Assembly: GCF_964355755.1 (NCBI RefSeq)
Contig: NC_092670.1
Coordinates: 11,766,795 to 11,830,794, forward strand
From: Antedon mediterranea
Lineage: Eukaryota; Animalia; Echinodermata
Direction: 5' to 3'
Length of the DNA stretch: 64,000 bases
How positions within the stretch are numbered: position 1 is the stretch's first letter; each line of letters opens with the position of its first letter. The position numbers and the translations under genes are program-made. Shown in pieces: positions 1 through 12,591 of this stretch. Below the pieces are notes generated by a model. That model was given only the letters and a program-made list of their open reading frames with translations. It made no database searches and was not told the origin of the DNA.

Positions 1-165
1 AACTTGTCTCTTAGGGATCCACAACAAAACACATTACTAAAAAAAATTAAAAAAACCTAGAATATATAATTACATAATTTAGGATAAGAAATTACAGTAT
101 AATAACATATAACTAACATCTTCTTTATAAAAATTATTTAAATTATGTGATTTAAACGCACTTAC

Positions 166-290
166 CGATGTTAGATTATACAGGCATCTTATTTTTTCTG
201 AAATTTCTTTCCAGTCCGATTGATTTTTGTTAGCTAGTGCTACAATGTTATTGTACTGGCTATCTCGGCTACATAATACGAGCCTATGAT
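166..290 (-). CDS. Candidate internal exon of an unidentified minus-strand host gene
   Basis: Minus strand shows acceptor acattttcAG, then 125 nt open in phase 1 (HRLVLCSRDSQYNNIVALANKNQSDWKEISEKIRCLYNLTS), then donor GTAAG. No recognisable domain. Confidence 0.4.
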
Positions 291-504
291 CTGAAAATGT
301 GTTAAATAGAAATATAACTTAAGATGATTTTTATATAATAATTATACACAAAACATGGACCTCTAACATGTTATAATCTGCTAGCCATGGCCTAGCCTGC
401 TTCTTAAACATACATTCTGCACACATGCATTTAATGCCTAAAATAATATTGTAATTAAAAGCTTTACATTGTTACATTACCGGCCGTATTATATAATAAT
501 AAAT

Positions 505-2584
505 AGAAGCCGGTTAACACTAAACCGTTCGTTATAGGTAATGTTTATAGACCACCAAATTCGTGTACTGGATTTGTTGATATAATGCATGATCAAATAT
601 CTTTTATACTAGATAGTATAAGAGAGATTATTGTTGTTGGTGACTTAAATTGGAATATATTTGATAAACAGCATTCTCGGAACATTAAAACCCTCCACCA
701 AATTTTCCAATTAAACCAGTATATTAAAACTCCAACGCGCGTAACAGAAAACAGTAGTAGTTGTATTGATTTAATTTTTTCAAATAGGGATGACTTTATA
801 AGCAAAACTGGAGTTGTACCAATTGGAATTAGCGATCACTCATTGATATATGCAATACGTAAAAAAATTAAAATAAAATTGCCCCCGCGTATTTACATAC
901 GAGAACCTTCCGGAAATTTAACAAAGATTTGTTTATTTCTGATCTTGCATCTGCTCCGTGGAGTATTTGTGAGGCGTCCGAGGATGCTGACGAGGCTTGG
1001 GACATTTGGAAACACATACAGGAGGATGTAAACATGAACTTAACAACTACCGTCCAATATCTGTTATACCTATTGTTATGAAAGTTTTTGAAAGATGCAT
1101 CCATAATCAAGTTATGAATCATATAAATGAGTTTAATTTATTATGTAAAAATCAATCTGGTTTTAGGTCGTTACATTCAACTTCTACTACACTGATAGAT
1201 GTATGCAATTATATATATAAAAATATTGATAATGGCTTGGTAACTGGAGCAATTTTTCTTGACCTAAAAAAGGCGTTTGATACGGTAGACCACGATATTT
1301 TATTACGTAAATTATGCACCTTTGGAATGATAAACACTGAGCTTGCATGGTTCAGTAATTATTTAAAAAATCGCAAACAATTTGTTAATTTTAATGGAAA
1401 AAAATCTGAAATTTTAAATGTCAACTATGGGGTACCACAAGGCTCAATGCTTGGTCCTTTGTTGTTTATTTTATACATAAATGACTTACATGATAGTGTT
1501 GATGGGATTTGTAAAACAGTCCTCTATGCAGACGACACTGCGCTTTTTTATGCATGTAAATCAAATGAAGAGCTTACAACAGTTTTAACTGAACAGTTGG
1601 AAAATGTAAAACAATGGTTAGATAAACATAAATTAACTCTAAACATTGATAAAACCAAATACATGCTTTTTGGTACTCATGCACGTGTTAATAAAACAAC
1701 AGATGAAACAGTAATTTTTGATAACATTCCGATTGAGAAAGTTGAAACGTTTAAATATTTGGGACTTACATTTGATGAACAACTCTCATGGAAAGTACAT
1801 ATTGATTCTATATGTGCAAAACTATCAAAAATTCTACATCTATTTTATAGATTGAAAAGTTTTACATCTCCTAAAATTATTAAAAGATTATACAATGTTC
1901 TATTTTTATCACATATTGACTATTGTTCAACAGTCTGGGGTACTGGTTCAAACGCCCATATTTTAAAATTGCAAAGGGTACAAAATAGAGCTGCGCGATT
2001 AATACTAGGTGCTGATATTCGAACTCCTGTTAGACAAATGCATTATGATTTAGGTTGGCTAACAATTAAGACAAGAATTGAATATCATACAATTTGTACA
2101 ATATTTAGATGTTTACAAGAATCTGTACCTTCATACTTATGTGATGTTTTGCAATATATTAGTAGTGTACACAATATTCAAACCAGAAACTATGAAAATA
2201 ATCTGTTGTATTTGCCCAGATGTAACCTCGAAATATACAAACGTAGTTTTGTTTATTATGGAAGTTCACTCTGGAATGGCCTACCTTATGAATTAAGAAA
2301 ACAAAACAATTATAACCGTTTTAAATCACTTGTTAAGATTCATTTATTGTTGCCGGTGGTCTAGGATGGTTCCAGTGAAATATATTTAAATATGGTATAA
2401 AAGTTATAATAATAATGAGAACATGCATTGAAGTTTAGTTTTAGTTTAAGTTTTAGTTTAAGTTTAGTTTAAGTTGTTTTCAAATTTTGTTTAAATGTGC
2501 CGTAGGGCCCCTCGGAAGAGCAGTTTTATTTTTACTGAGAGGGCTACCCTACTGAAAGAAAACGAAATAAATAAATAAATAAAT
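505..2584 (+). mobile_element. 5'-truncated, internally deleted L2/CR1-clade LINE (APE endonuclease C-half, RT, 3' UTR)
   Basis: Endonuclease motifs IGNVYRPP, VVGDLN, TPTR, CIDLIFSN, ISDH. RT motifs YRPIS, QSGFR, FLDLKKAFDTVDH, GVPQGS, LYADDT. 3' stem-loop at ~2502-2551 and (AAAT)n tail at ~2565-2584. Confidence 0.92.
997..2364 (+). pseudogene. LINE reverse transcriptase ORF2 fragment (open RT and C-terminal region)
   Basis: 455-aa ORF with complete RT motifs. It is separated from the endonuclease by a frameshift near 900 and a large linker deletion near 1015. Confidence 0.88.
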
Positions 2585-3254
2585 AGAAGAGTATTCAAAT
2601 TAATAACTTACCTTACATCTTGTTGCACTATAGTTTACTTTTGAAGACATAATTATGCTGTTGAGTCAATTTCATTTGACAGAACGCTGTAATGAACACT
2701 ATGTGGTATAGTGTACTGTATTAAAAAGGTACAGTATTAAAAGCTTAAACTGATTTCAGGTTTGAGGTGTTTCAAATGTGGGAGAACTCGACATTGAGGT
2801 CAGTTTATGTTCCATTGGCCAATGGCAATGGTTATTTTACTATGGTCATCATATTGGAATGTGCCTTAACAGTTAATGCTCGGTTAGGGAATACTGTACT
2901 TGCCTTTGAAAGTTGACCTCGGATTGTTTCATTGTCAAAGATTCCCAATCATTATATAGTGCATGCCTATATAAAACATTATGAATGCATTGATTTTAGT
3001 ACTTAGTTTGTTTTAATTCATATTGGTCGATAGGTATTGTATTGTTTAATACTGTATCGTGCCACCCAATCTTCAATACTTTTCATTCCCATACTTCAGT
3101 AATTTTATCTGTCTGTAATATTGAAATGTATATCTTAAATCTTTTCAGTACTGTTAATTACACCATCTTTATGGAAATGTTTACATATAGTAGGTTCATG
3201 TACGTTTTATACGTTTTTACGTTTTGTGGGTAACAAATAATTTACCAGGGCGTT

Positions 3255-4316
3255 TCTTATCCCATATGTGGCAACTGCATGCCCATATATTTTACAGATG
3301 AACCCCATGTATGTTGTGGGTGTACCAAAATGCATTTGTAATGGGACCCATATGTATGCCCATGCTTTTCGCTTACGAATCCCATATGGACCACAAATGG
3401 GCAACCCATATGTATTTGCCCATATATTGTACAGATGGGCCCCATGTAAGTTGTATATGGGCATACCCATATGTATCAGCCCAGGTTTATGGCATATGGG
3501 CCCCGTGTATTTTTTGTGTGGGCAAACCCATATGTATTTGCCCATGCTTTTAGCTTATGAATCCCATATTAGTCACAAATGGGCAACCCATATGTACCTG
3601 CCCATCTATTGTATAGGTGGGCCCCATGTACGTTGTATATGGGCATACCCATATGTATCAGCCCATGTTTATGGCATGTGGGCCCCATGTATTGTGTGTG
3701 TGGGAAAACCCATATGTATTTGCCCATGCTTTTAGCCCACGATACCCATATGGCAGGCCTGCCATATGGGTAAAAAATGGGAAACCCATATGACCAGCCC
3801 ATAAATTGTATATATGGGCCCCATGTACATTGTATATGGGCATACCCATATGTATCAGCCCATGTTTATGGCATGTGGGCCCCATGTATTTTTTGTATGG
3901 GAAAACCCATATGTATTTGCCCATGCTTTTAACTTACAAATCCCATATGGGTCACAAATGGGCAACCCATATGTATCTGCCCATATATTATACAGATGGG
4001 CCCCATGTACAGTATGGGCATACCCATATGTAACAACCCAGGTTTATGTCATATGGGCCCCATGTATATTGGGTGTGGGCAAACCCATATGCATTTTCCC
4101 AGCTTTTGGTTTATGAATCCCATATGGGTTGAAAATGGGCAAGCCCATATGTATCTGCCCATATATTTTACAGATGGGCCCCATGTGGGTAAAATGTGGG
4201 CAGGTTATATGTGTGTTTTCCCTCCTGGGCCCCATATGGGTTGAATATTCCATAGCCAACATAAACTTGCCCAGGTAATTTATATATATGGGCCCCATAT
4301 GGGCTTGCTACCTGGG
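3255..4316. repeat. CCCATATG/GGGCCCC palindrome-rich tandem repeat (~182-bp unit), probably the arm of a CCCAG...CTGGG-type non-autonomous DNA transposon
   Basis: cacaaatgggcaacccatatgta recurs at ~3392, 3574 and 3953. gcatacccatatgta recurs at ~3461, 3643, 3840 and 4018. The block ends in ctacCTGGG at 4316. Confidence 0.75.
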
Positions 4317-4452
4317 TGGGTTTGTGTCGATAGAGTTCAGGCACGTTCACAGACAAATATTTTTTTTTATTATTGTATCAATGCAGCTAGAAATGTTTAT
4401 GAAAGGGTGAAAAGAGCTATTGGGAGGCCTATAGATAATACCAACAATGCTA

Positions 4453-4570
4453 TTTTTAGTCGCGAGCTCACTATGTCGGTTGGTTGGTCGGTCGGTTGGT
4501 AAAAACACTAACTTGAGCACGCTACTGCAGCCATATTGTTGGTAACAGATTCTATAATAGCATGGCTTCG
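4453..4570 (+). mobile_element. Short DINE-1/HINE-like (Helentron-associated) element, related to copies at 45588 and 48514
   Basis: tttttagtcgcg, then tcactatgtcgg plus a GGTY microsatellite, then gagcacgc(t)act. The 5' core is shared with 45588-45794. Confidence 0.6.
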
Positions 4571-5094
4571 TATAGAAGTCATGCTGATGATATCGCATAA
4601 TTATACACAAGTCAATTGTATGTCAGTTTAGATCATAGGTCGGAGGATGATTTATCTGCTGCTACACACAAACTTACTGGGTGCATTGATGAAATACGTC
4701 TTAGGATGGTTAGCGAAACAAAACAAAAAAAACAGAGCTCTTCTTGATTTTAAGCAATAGCCATATTCAATCTTTATCTCACCTTAATTTAATCAAAATG
4801 TGCTATTCTAGACTGGCTTATGAGTTATTGTTTGTATTTTTATGGCACTGATCATATCTATCTTAGTAGAAAACTCTCTTCTAGACTTACTATCACGCAA
4901 AAGAATATTTTTGTATTCCAAAGAAACTTGACACGTGTGTTTCCTTGTTTATTTCGTCTCCATGACTACTTGCTGTAGCTAATATCATTTATGTTGCCAG
5001 TGTGTTATACAGTAATTTGATATTTGGATACATGACAGTCATAAACACTGGACACGAAACACTAACGGGGAAATCTATCAATTACATTTGAATT

Positions 5095-5371
5095 ATGAGT
5101 AGTGGAAAAGAAACAAATGGAAACACAGGCGTTGAGGCAATCACTATTTCAATTCACGGAACGGCAAACGATAATACATCGGGTGAAATAAGATGTGGGG
5201 CAACCAAACGTTTTGTCTTTCAAGATGTAAAGCAACAAGATAGGTCAGGGTGCAAATCCTGGATTGAAGAACATATTATGGCCATTATTGTAGGAGCAGT
5301 TATGTTAATATTAGTAGTTGTTGCAGTCACTGTCACGTTGTGTCTTCTTTCCATTGACTCTACTTCCACTG
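5095..5371 (+). CDS. Probable first coding exon of a single-pass (type II-like) membrane protein
   Basis: ATG, ~60-aa hydrophilic N-terminus, strong hydrophobic helix IMAIIVGAVMLILVVVAVTVTLCLL, short S/T run, then phase-1 donor G|GTAAGT at 5372. A candidate acceptor tactttgcAG ends at 6130. Confidence 0.6.
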
Positions 5372-5836
5372 GTAAGTACTTCATAAGTACTTCAACATGG
5401 TCGCCCACGACCGGTAAGCACCTCCGGCGGGGCGCTCCCCTGTGGGGTACGGTGAAAAATGTCTTCTACTTTAATAGTGACCACCACAGGTGAGTATAAA
5501 AGGACAAAAACAGGATGAATCCTGTTTGTCCCTTGGAAGCACTATGCCGATCGTGAGCGACTCAGTAGGCATAACAAGTATGTACTCAATATCATTTCTT
5601 TAGTTTCTTTTTTAGCAGAGTAGGCCTATAGAGATTTTGAGCTATTGGTTTTATAGAGCGCGTTCCATGTATTTGGTCCGTGAATGAATATGAATCTGTG
5701 TGACTTATTGCAAGTCTGGAGAATGGTATGCACATTTTCGATGAATTTCTAAGGGTTTTTGCGCGTTCACTTTTTAAACTTTGATCAAGTAGGCCTAATT
5801 GTCGAAGATGATATTGAGTCATAAAACATATTGTCT

Positions 5837-5917
5837 ATTTAACCTACTCACAATTTACGATTTAAATAAGTTACAGCCTGTAACTTATTTAAATCGTAAA
5901 TTGTGAGTAGGTTAAAT
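5837..5917. repeat. Perfect 81-bp palindrome (40-bp arms, 1-nt centre)
   Basis: atttaacctactcacaatttacgatttaaataagttacag-c-ctgtaacttatttaaatcgtaaattgtgagtaggttaaat. Confidence 0.95.
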
Positions 5918-6199
5918 TGTTTAAATAAGGGTACGTGATCTAGTATCTCTTTTCGAGTTCGTTATTATTCTAACTATTAATTTTTGTGACTTATGTAGTT
6001 TTTTCAATTCAATGTGTTGGGTATTCATTTGCCCATATAATGTTTCTATATTGAAGATGTGGCAAGATAAGAGCGTTATAATATAGATTTATTAATATAT
6101 GTGTAAAGGAAAAATATTTTTACTTTGCAGATGATACCAAAGGCCTTAGAAATCTCATTACATATATATTTGATGTGGGGTTTCCAGCTTAAATTTCGT

Positions 6200-6522
6200 T
6201 TATCTCTTAGTTTTAAATATAGATATCTTAGTTTTAAATAGAGATATCTCTATTAATAGAGATATCTTTGTTAACAGAGATATCTCCATTTAAAACTAAG
6301 ATATCTCTATTAAAAACTAAGATATCTCTAAATAAAACTAAGATATCTTAGTTTTTAATAATAGAGATATCTCTATTTATAGAGATCTCGATTAATAGAG
6401 ATATCTCTATTAAAAACTAAGATATCTTAGTTTTAAATAGAGATATCTTAGTTTTTAATAGAGATACCTTAGTTTTAAATAGAGATAGGCCTATGTCTAT
6501 TAATTAGTTTTAAAGATATCTT
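6200..6522. repeat. Low-complexity AGATATCT / TTAGTTTTAA direct and inverted repeat block (MITE-like interior)
   Basis: More than 10 (a)gatatct units interleaved with ttagtttt(t)aa and ttaaaaactaa in both orientations. Confidence 0.7.
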
Positions 6523-8294
6523 TATTTCTGAATAAATGACAGCTTGGCGCGCCATACTCTACTGTTAGATATATAAACACATAATATACAAATAAACTTT
6601 ATTAGTGACAGTTGCAACGTTTTAATTAATAATCATAAAAAATATAAACGTTGTAGTGATGTATCGTTACAAAGTTTACAATTTCAATCTACTATAACAG
6701 AGACAGTTTTAATAATGTATTAAATCGCAAATGTTTTGCTTTATTTAGTGGTATGTTATTTATGGTTTATGGTTTTATGGTTTTAAATTTATATAGCGCA
6801 AAATACAAATATAGTCTCTATGCGCTGTTTAGCACAAGTGTGAAAATGAAAAAATGTTGATGTAAAATAAACCATGAAATAGCCTAAAAACCGAATAAAT
6901 TGACCAAGACAACAGAAAAAGTCCGAAAACGGAATCTCACATCACCTATCACCACACTGTTTCACTAACTTGTCAAGACATTGTTCATAGTGATGTGAGC
7001 ATCTGACTATCCTGCCTAACAAACAATAAAATTAATAAAATGTATATTTATAGGCCTATAAAACATGAAACAATATTTCGTTACTAAAAGTAGAGCAGTT
7101 AATGCCATGAGGTGTGCATGAAACTTGGCACAACATTTCTTTGATGTATATAGATTCAAAATATCGGGGGTGCCAAAGTGTCCAATGTCCGGTATGGCGG
7201 CCATCTTGATTTCAAAATGGCCACCACAAAAACAAAAAAAAATGTTCATATCTTGGTAACTATACACATTAGAGAATTAACTGGTCTCAAATTGTTCACA
7301 AACTATATATTTCTATTTGCTCTAATAAAAAATTTCGTCCAAAAATGACTAGAAATGACATTTCTTTCAGTTTGACCATTGACCTCGTATTTGTATATTA
7401 TCTCTATAACTACTGGTCATTTTCAATCGATTTTGGTGTCATTTTGTTCAGAATAAATACATTTATATTTGTAGTAATGAAACGTTTTCACATAAAATGA
7501 CCGGAAATACAATTTATGACCGTTGACGCCAATTATGAACACACTGTATGTGGTTTACATTGGTATAAATGCACCTAATTTGACTACATAAATCATATTG
7601 TCTATTTATTCGTTTATGAAAACGACAATGTATTATCCTGCGATACGTACATTTGAAATCACAAGTTTTTTTACGCTGGAATTACTGTGTATTCGAGAAC
7701 CATGTGTGGAGAGGGCGCAATCTTGAGAAGACGTACCTGGGAAACTACTGACGTGAGTCCATGCTAACATTAATAATATAATTATAAATCCATATAATAA
7801 TGATTTAAAAAGTAATACCGACGTGTATTTATTTGAACAAACCACATGGGCTTTATTTTCGTCACGAATAAATACGGTACGGTACGAATGTACGCCTAAA
7901 ATGTCTACGAAAAATCAATCTAAAAAAAGGATCATGGTTGAAATTACTGCAAGTCAGAACTACATGTACTAAATGTAATCAATTGCAGACATTTATAAGG
8001 AGGTTGTGGCCTATTAATTAATTATTAATATCACAGGCGACAGACTTGGGGCTAGAAGGACTAAACCACGTCTTAATAATTATAATCTATCAAATAATTA
8101 CTAAAAAGACGGTAGAAAATTTAAAAAATATTTAAAATCGTTTCGTTCATGTTCGGATTTAAAATATAAAGTTATACATCACCAAAATGTATCTAATTCA
8201 TCACAATTAATCGAAGATATCTAGTATGAACACAAGTTAAAGTTGTTTAGCATATTATAAAATATATACGCGGGTGATGACGCTTTTTTTCTTT

Positions 8295-8600
8295 TTCCAC
8301 TGCAGGACATATCACTCCTTCAAAGCTCTCCATTTCTCTCTTTTTCTATTCTCAGTCTGAGAATAGAACTCAGTTGCTTTTATATTTGCTCCGGTTATCT
8401 CTCATCACATCTTTTATTGCCAAGCCGTAATCCTGCTTGTCCATCTATTGTCATGGAGTTTTGCAACGTGGCCTGCTCATCTCTACTTATTTTTAGCAAT
8501 AGCTTGAAGAAGATCTAGGTTTTTTTTATCTTTCCTTATTATTCGCATGGTACCTTGTTCATTATATGCCAAGCATTCACCATTGCATAGCATGGGTTGA
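8295..8600 (-). mobile_element. Degenerate 3' end of an RTE-clade LINE
   Basis: Minus-strand translation gives AMQRxMLGI...DLLQAIAKNKxRxAGHVAKLHDNRWTSRITAW...YVLQW, matching the RTE ORF C-terminal pattern W-AGHVAR-DNRWT. Confidence 0.65.
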
Positions 8601-10297
8601 TACTTATCATAGTTCTTATTATTCGCATGGTACCTTGTTCATTATATGCCAAGCATTTACCGTTCTATAGCATGGGTTGATACTTATCATAGTTCTTATT
8701 ATTCGCATGGTACCTTGTTCATTATATGCCAAGCATTCACCGTTGCATAGCATGGGTTGATACTTATCATAGTTCTTATTATTCGCATGGTACCTTGTTC
8801 ATTATATGCCAAGCATTCACCGTTGCATAGCATGGGTTGATACTTATCATAGTTCTTATTATTCGCATGGTACCTTGTTCATTATATGCCAAGCATTCAC
8901 CATTCTATAGCATGGGTTGATACTTATCATAGTTCTTATTATTCGCATGGTACCTTGTTCATTATATGCCAAGCATTCACCGTTGCATAGCATGGGTTGA
9001 TACTTATCATAGTTCTTATTATTCACATGGTACCTTGTTCATTATATGCCAAGCATTCACCGTTGCATAGCATGGGTTGATACTTATCATAGTTCTTATT
9101 ATTGGCATGGTACCTTGTTCATTATATGCCAAGCATTCACCGTTCCATAGCATGGGTTGATACTTATCATAGTTCTTATTATTCACATGGTACCTTGTTC
9201 ATTATATGCCAAGCATTCACCGTTGCATAGCATGGGTTGATACTTATCATAGTTCTTATTATTCGCATGGTACCTTGTTCATTATATGCCAAGCATTCAC
9301 CGTTGCATAGCATGGGTTGATACTTATCATAGTTCTTATTATTGGCATGGTACCTTGTTCATTATATGCCAAGCATTCACCGTTCCATAGCATGGGTTGA
9401 TACTTATCATAGTTCTTATTATTCACATGGTACCTTGTTCATTATATGCCAAGCATTCACCGTTGCATAGCATGGGTTGATACTTATCATAGTTCTTATT
9501 ATTCGCATGGTACCTTGTTCATTATATGCCAAGCATTCACCATTCTATAGCATGGGTTGATACTTATCATAGTCCTTATTATTCGCATGGTACCTTGTTC
9601 ATTATATGCCAAGCATTCACCGTTGCATAGCATGGGTTGATACTTATCATAGTTCTTATTATTGGCATGGTACCTTGTTCATTATATGCCAAGCATTCAC
9701 CGTTGCATAGCATGGGTTGATACTTATCATAGTTCTTATTATTCGCATGGTACCTTGTTCATTATATGCCAAGCATTCACCGTTGCATAGCATGGGTTGA
9801 TACTTATCATAGTTCTTATTATTGGCATGGTACCTTGTTCATTATATGCCAAGCATTCACCGTTCCATAGCATGGGTTGATACTTATCATAGTCCTTATT
9901 ATTCGCATGGTACCTTGTTCATTATATGCCAAGCATTCACCGTTGCATAGCATGGGTTGATACTTATCATAGTTCTTATTATTCGCATGGTACCTTGTTC
10001 ATTATATGCCAAGCATTCACCGTTGCATAGCATGGGTTGATACTTATCATAGTTCTTATTATTCACATGGTACCTTGTTCATTATATGCCAAGCATTCAC
10101 CGTTGCATAGCATGGGTTGATACTTATCATAGTTCTTATTATTCACATGGTACCTTGTTCATTATATGCCAAGCATTCACCGTTGCATAGCATGGGTTGA
10201 TACTTATCATAGTTCTTATTATTCGCATGGTACCTTGTTCATTATATGCCAAGCATTCACCGTTGCATAGCATGGGTTGATACTTATCATAGTTCTT
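8535..10297. repeat. Minisatellite, 80-bp unit x ~22
   Basis: attcgcatggtacc recurs at 8541, 8621, 8701 ... 10221. Units are near-identical with few variable sites. Confidence 0.97.
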
Positions 10298-10600
10298 TTA
10301 ATCATATGCCCTATTCATATATCGACATTGTTATTTTCTGTATACGTACTTACTCATCTATCATTACCATTAATCACTAAAATCATCTTTTGTTTTTATT
10401 TCAATAATTATACTATCACTATCATAGCATGTTTACATTTTCTCTATACTTCACATTAATATTATTATTATTATAGTAAAAGTGATACATTAAACATTTC
10501 TGTAAATTTAATATGGCCATTTCACAATAACTTAATCGTTTTATTTATTTTGTAAGCATTGATTCCATCAGGAAATATATTTAAGGTTTTCAAGTTTGGT

Positions 10601-12591
10601 TTACTATACTATTTCCTTTCATCTTTATTCTCCCTATACCTACACTGGTTGTAAGTCGTACATCTTACTATACTATTTCCTTTCATCTTCATTCTCCCTA
10701 TACCTACACTGGTTCTAAGTCGTACATCTTACTATACTATTTCCTTTCATCCTCATTCTCCCTATACCTACACTGGTTCTAAGTCGTACGGTACATCTTA
10801 CTATACTATTTCCTTTCATCTTCATTCTCCCTATACCTACACTGGTTCTAAGTCGTACATCTTACTATACTATTTCCTTTCATCCTCATTCTCCCTATAC
10901 CTACACTGGTTCTAAGTCGTACATCTTACTATACTATTTCCTTTCATCTTCATTCTCCCTATACCTACACTGGTTCTAAGTCGTACATCTTACTATACTA
11001 TTTCCTTTCATCTTTATTCTCCCTATACCTACACTGGTTCTAAGTCGTACATCTTACTATACTATTTCCTTTCATCCTCATTCTCCCTATACCTACACTG
11101 GTTCTAAGTCGTACATCTTACTATACTATTTCCTTTCATCTTCATTCTCCCTATACCTACACTGGTTCTAAGTCGTACATCTTACTATACTATTTCCTTT
11201 CATCTTTATTCTCCCTATACCTACACTGGTTCTAAGTCGTACATCTTACTATACTATTTCCTTTCATCTTCATTCTCCCTATACCTACACTGGTTCTAAG
11301 TCGTACATCTTACTATACTATTTCCTTTCATCTTTATTCTCCCTATACCTACACTGGTTCTAAGTCGTACATCTTACTATACTATTTCCTTTCATCTTTA
11401 TTCTCCCTATACCTACACTGGTTCTAAGTCGTACATCTTACTATACTATTTCCTTTCATCCTCATTCTCCCTATAACTACACTGGTTCTAAGTTGTACAT
11501 CTTACTATACTATTTCCTTTCATCTTTATTCTCCCTATACCTACACTGGTTCTAAGTCGTACATCTTACTATACTATTTCCTTTCATCTTTATTCTTCCT
11601 ATACCTACACTGGTTCTAAGTCGTACATCTTACTATACTATTTCCTTTCATCCTCATTCTCCCTATACCTACACTGGTTCTAAGTCGTACATCTTACTAT
11701 ACTATTTCCTTTCATCTTCATTCTCCCTATACCTACACTGGTTCTAAGTCGTACATCTTACTATACTATTTCCTTTCATCTTCATTCTCTTTATACCTAC
11801 ACTGGTTCTAAGTCGTACATCTTACTATACTATTTCCTTTCATCTTCATTCTCCCTATACCTACACTGGTTCTAAGTCGTACATCTTACTATACTATTTC
11901 CTTTCATCCTCATTCTCCTTATAACTACACTGGTTCTAAGTCGTACATCTTACTATACTATTTCCTTTCATCTTTATTCTCCCTATACCTACACTGGTTC
12001 TAAGTCGTACATCTTACTATACTATTTCCTTTCATCCTCATTCTCCCTATACCTACACTGGTTCTAAGTCGTACATCTTACTATACTATTTCCTTTCATC
12101 CTCATTCTCCCTATAACTACACTGGTTCTAAGTCGTACATCTTACTATACTATTTCCTTTCATCTTTATTCTCCCTATACCTACACTGGTTCTAAGTCGT
12201 ACATCTTACTATACTATTTCCTTTCATCTTTATTCTCCCTATACCTACACTGGTTCTAAGTCGTACATCTTACTATACTATTTCCTTTCATCTTTATTCT
12301 CCCTATAACTACACTGGTTCTAAGTCGTACATCTTACTATACTATTTCCTTTCATCTTCATTCTCCCTATACCTACACTGGTTCTAAGTCGTACATCTTA
12401 CTATACTATTTCCTTTCATCTTCATTCTCCCTATACCTACACTGGTTCTAAGTCGTACATCTTACTATACTATTTCCTTTCATCTTCATTCTCCCTATAC
12501 CTACACTGGTTCTAAGTCGTACATCTTACTATACTATTTCCTTTCATCTTCATTCTCCCTATACCTACACTGGTTCTAAGTCGTACATCTT
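10601..12591. repeat. Minisatellite, 64-bp unit x ~31
   Basis: Unit cttactatactatttcctttcatcttcattctccctatacctacactggttctaagtcgtacat, e.g. starting at 10861 and 10925. Confidence 0.97.

Noticed and set aside
2606-2651. Possible minus-strand first exon (MSSKVNYSATR) splicing to exon 166-290
   Set aside because: Phase fits only the weaker of two adjacent donors, so there is too little support without transcripts.
3207-4356. About a dozen overlapping ORFs on both strands
   Set aside because: By-product of a stop-poor palindromic repeat, with repetitive peptides and no domain.
8535-12591. CRISPR-like appearance of the two regular arrays
   Set aside because: Units are contiguous with no unique spacers, there are no cas genes, and the context is eukaryotic. 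Unit lengths (80, 64) are not multiples of 3 and contain stops, so they are not coding repeats either.
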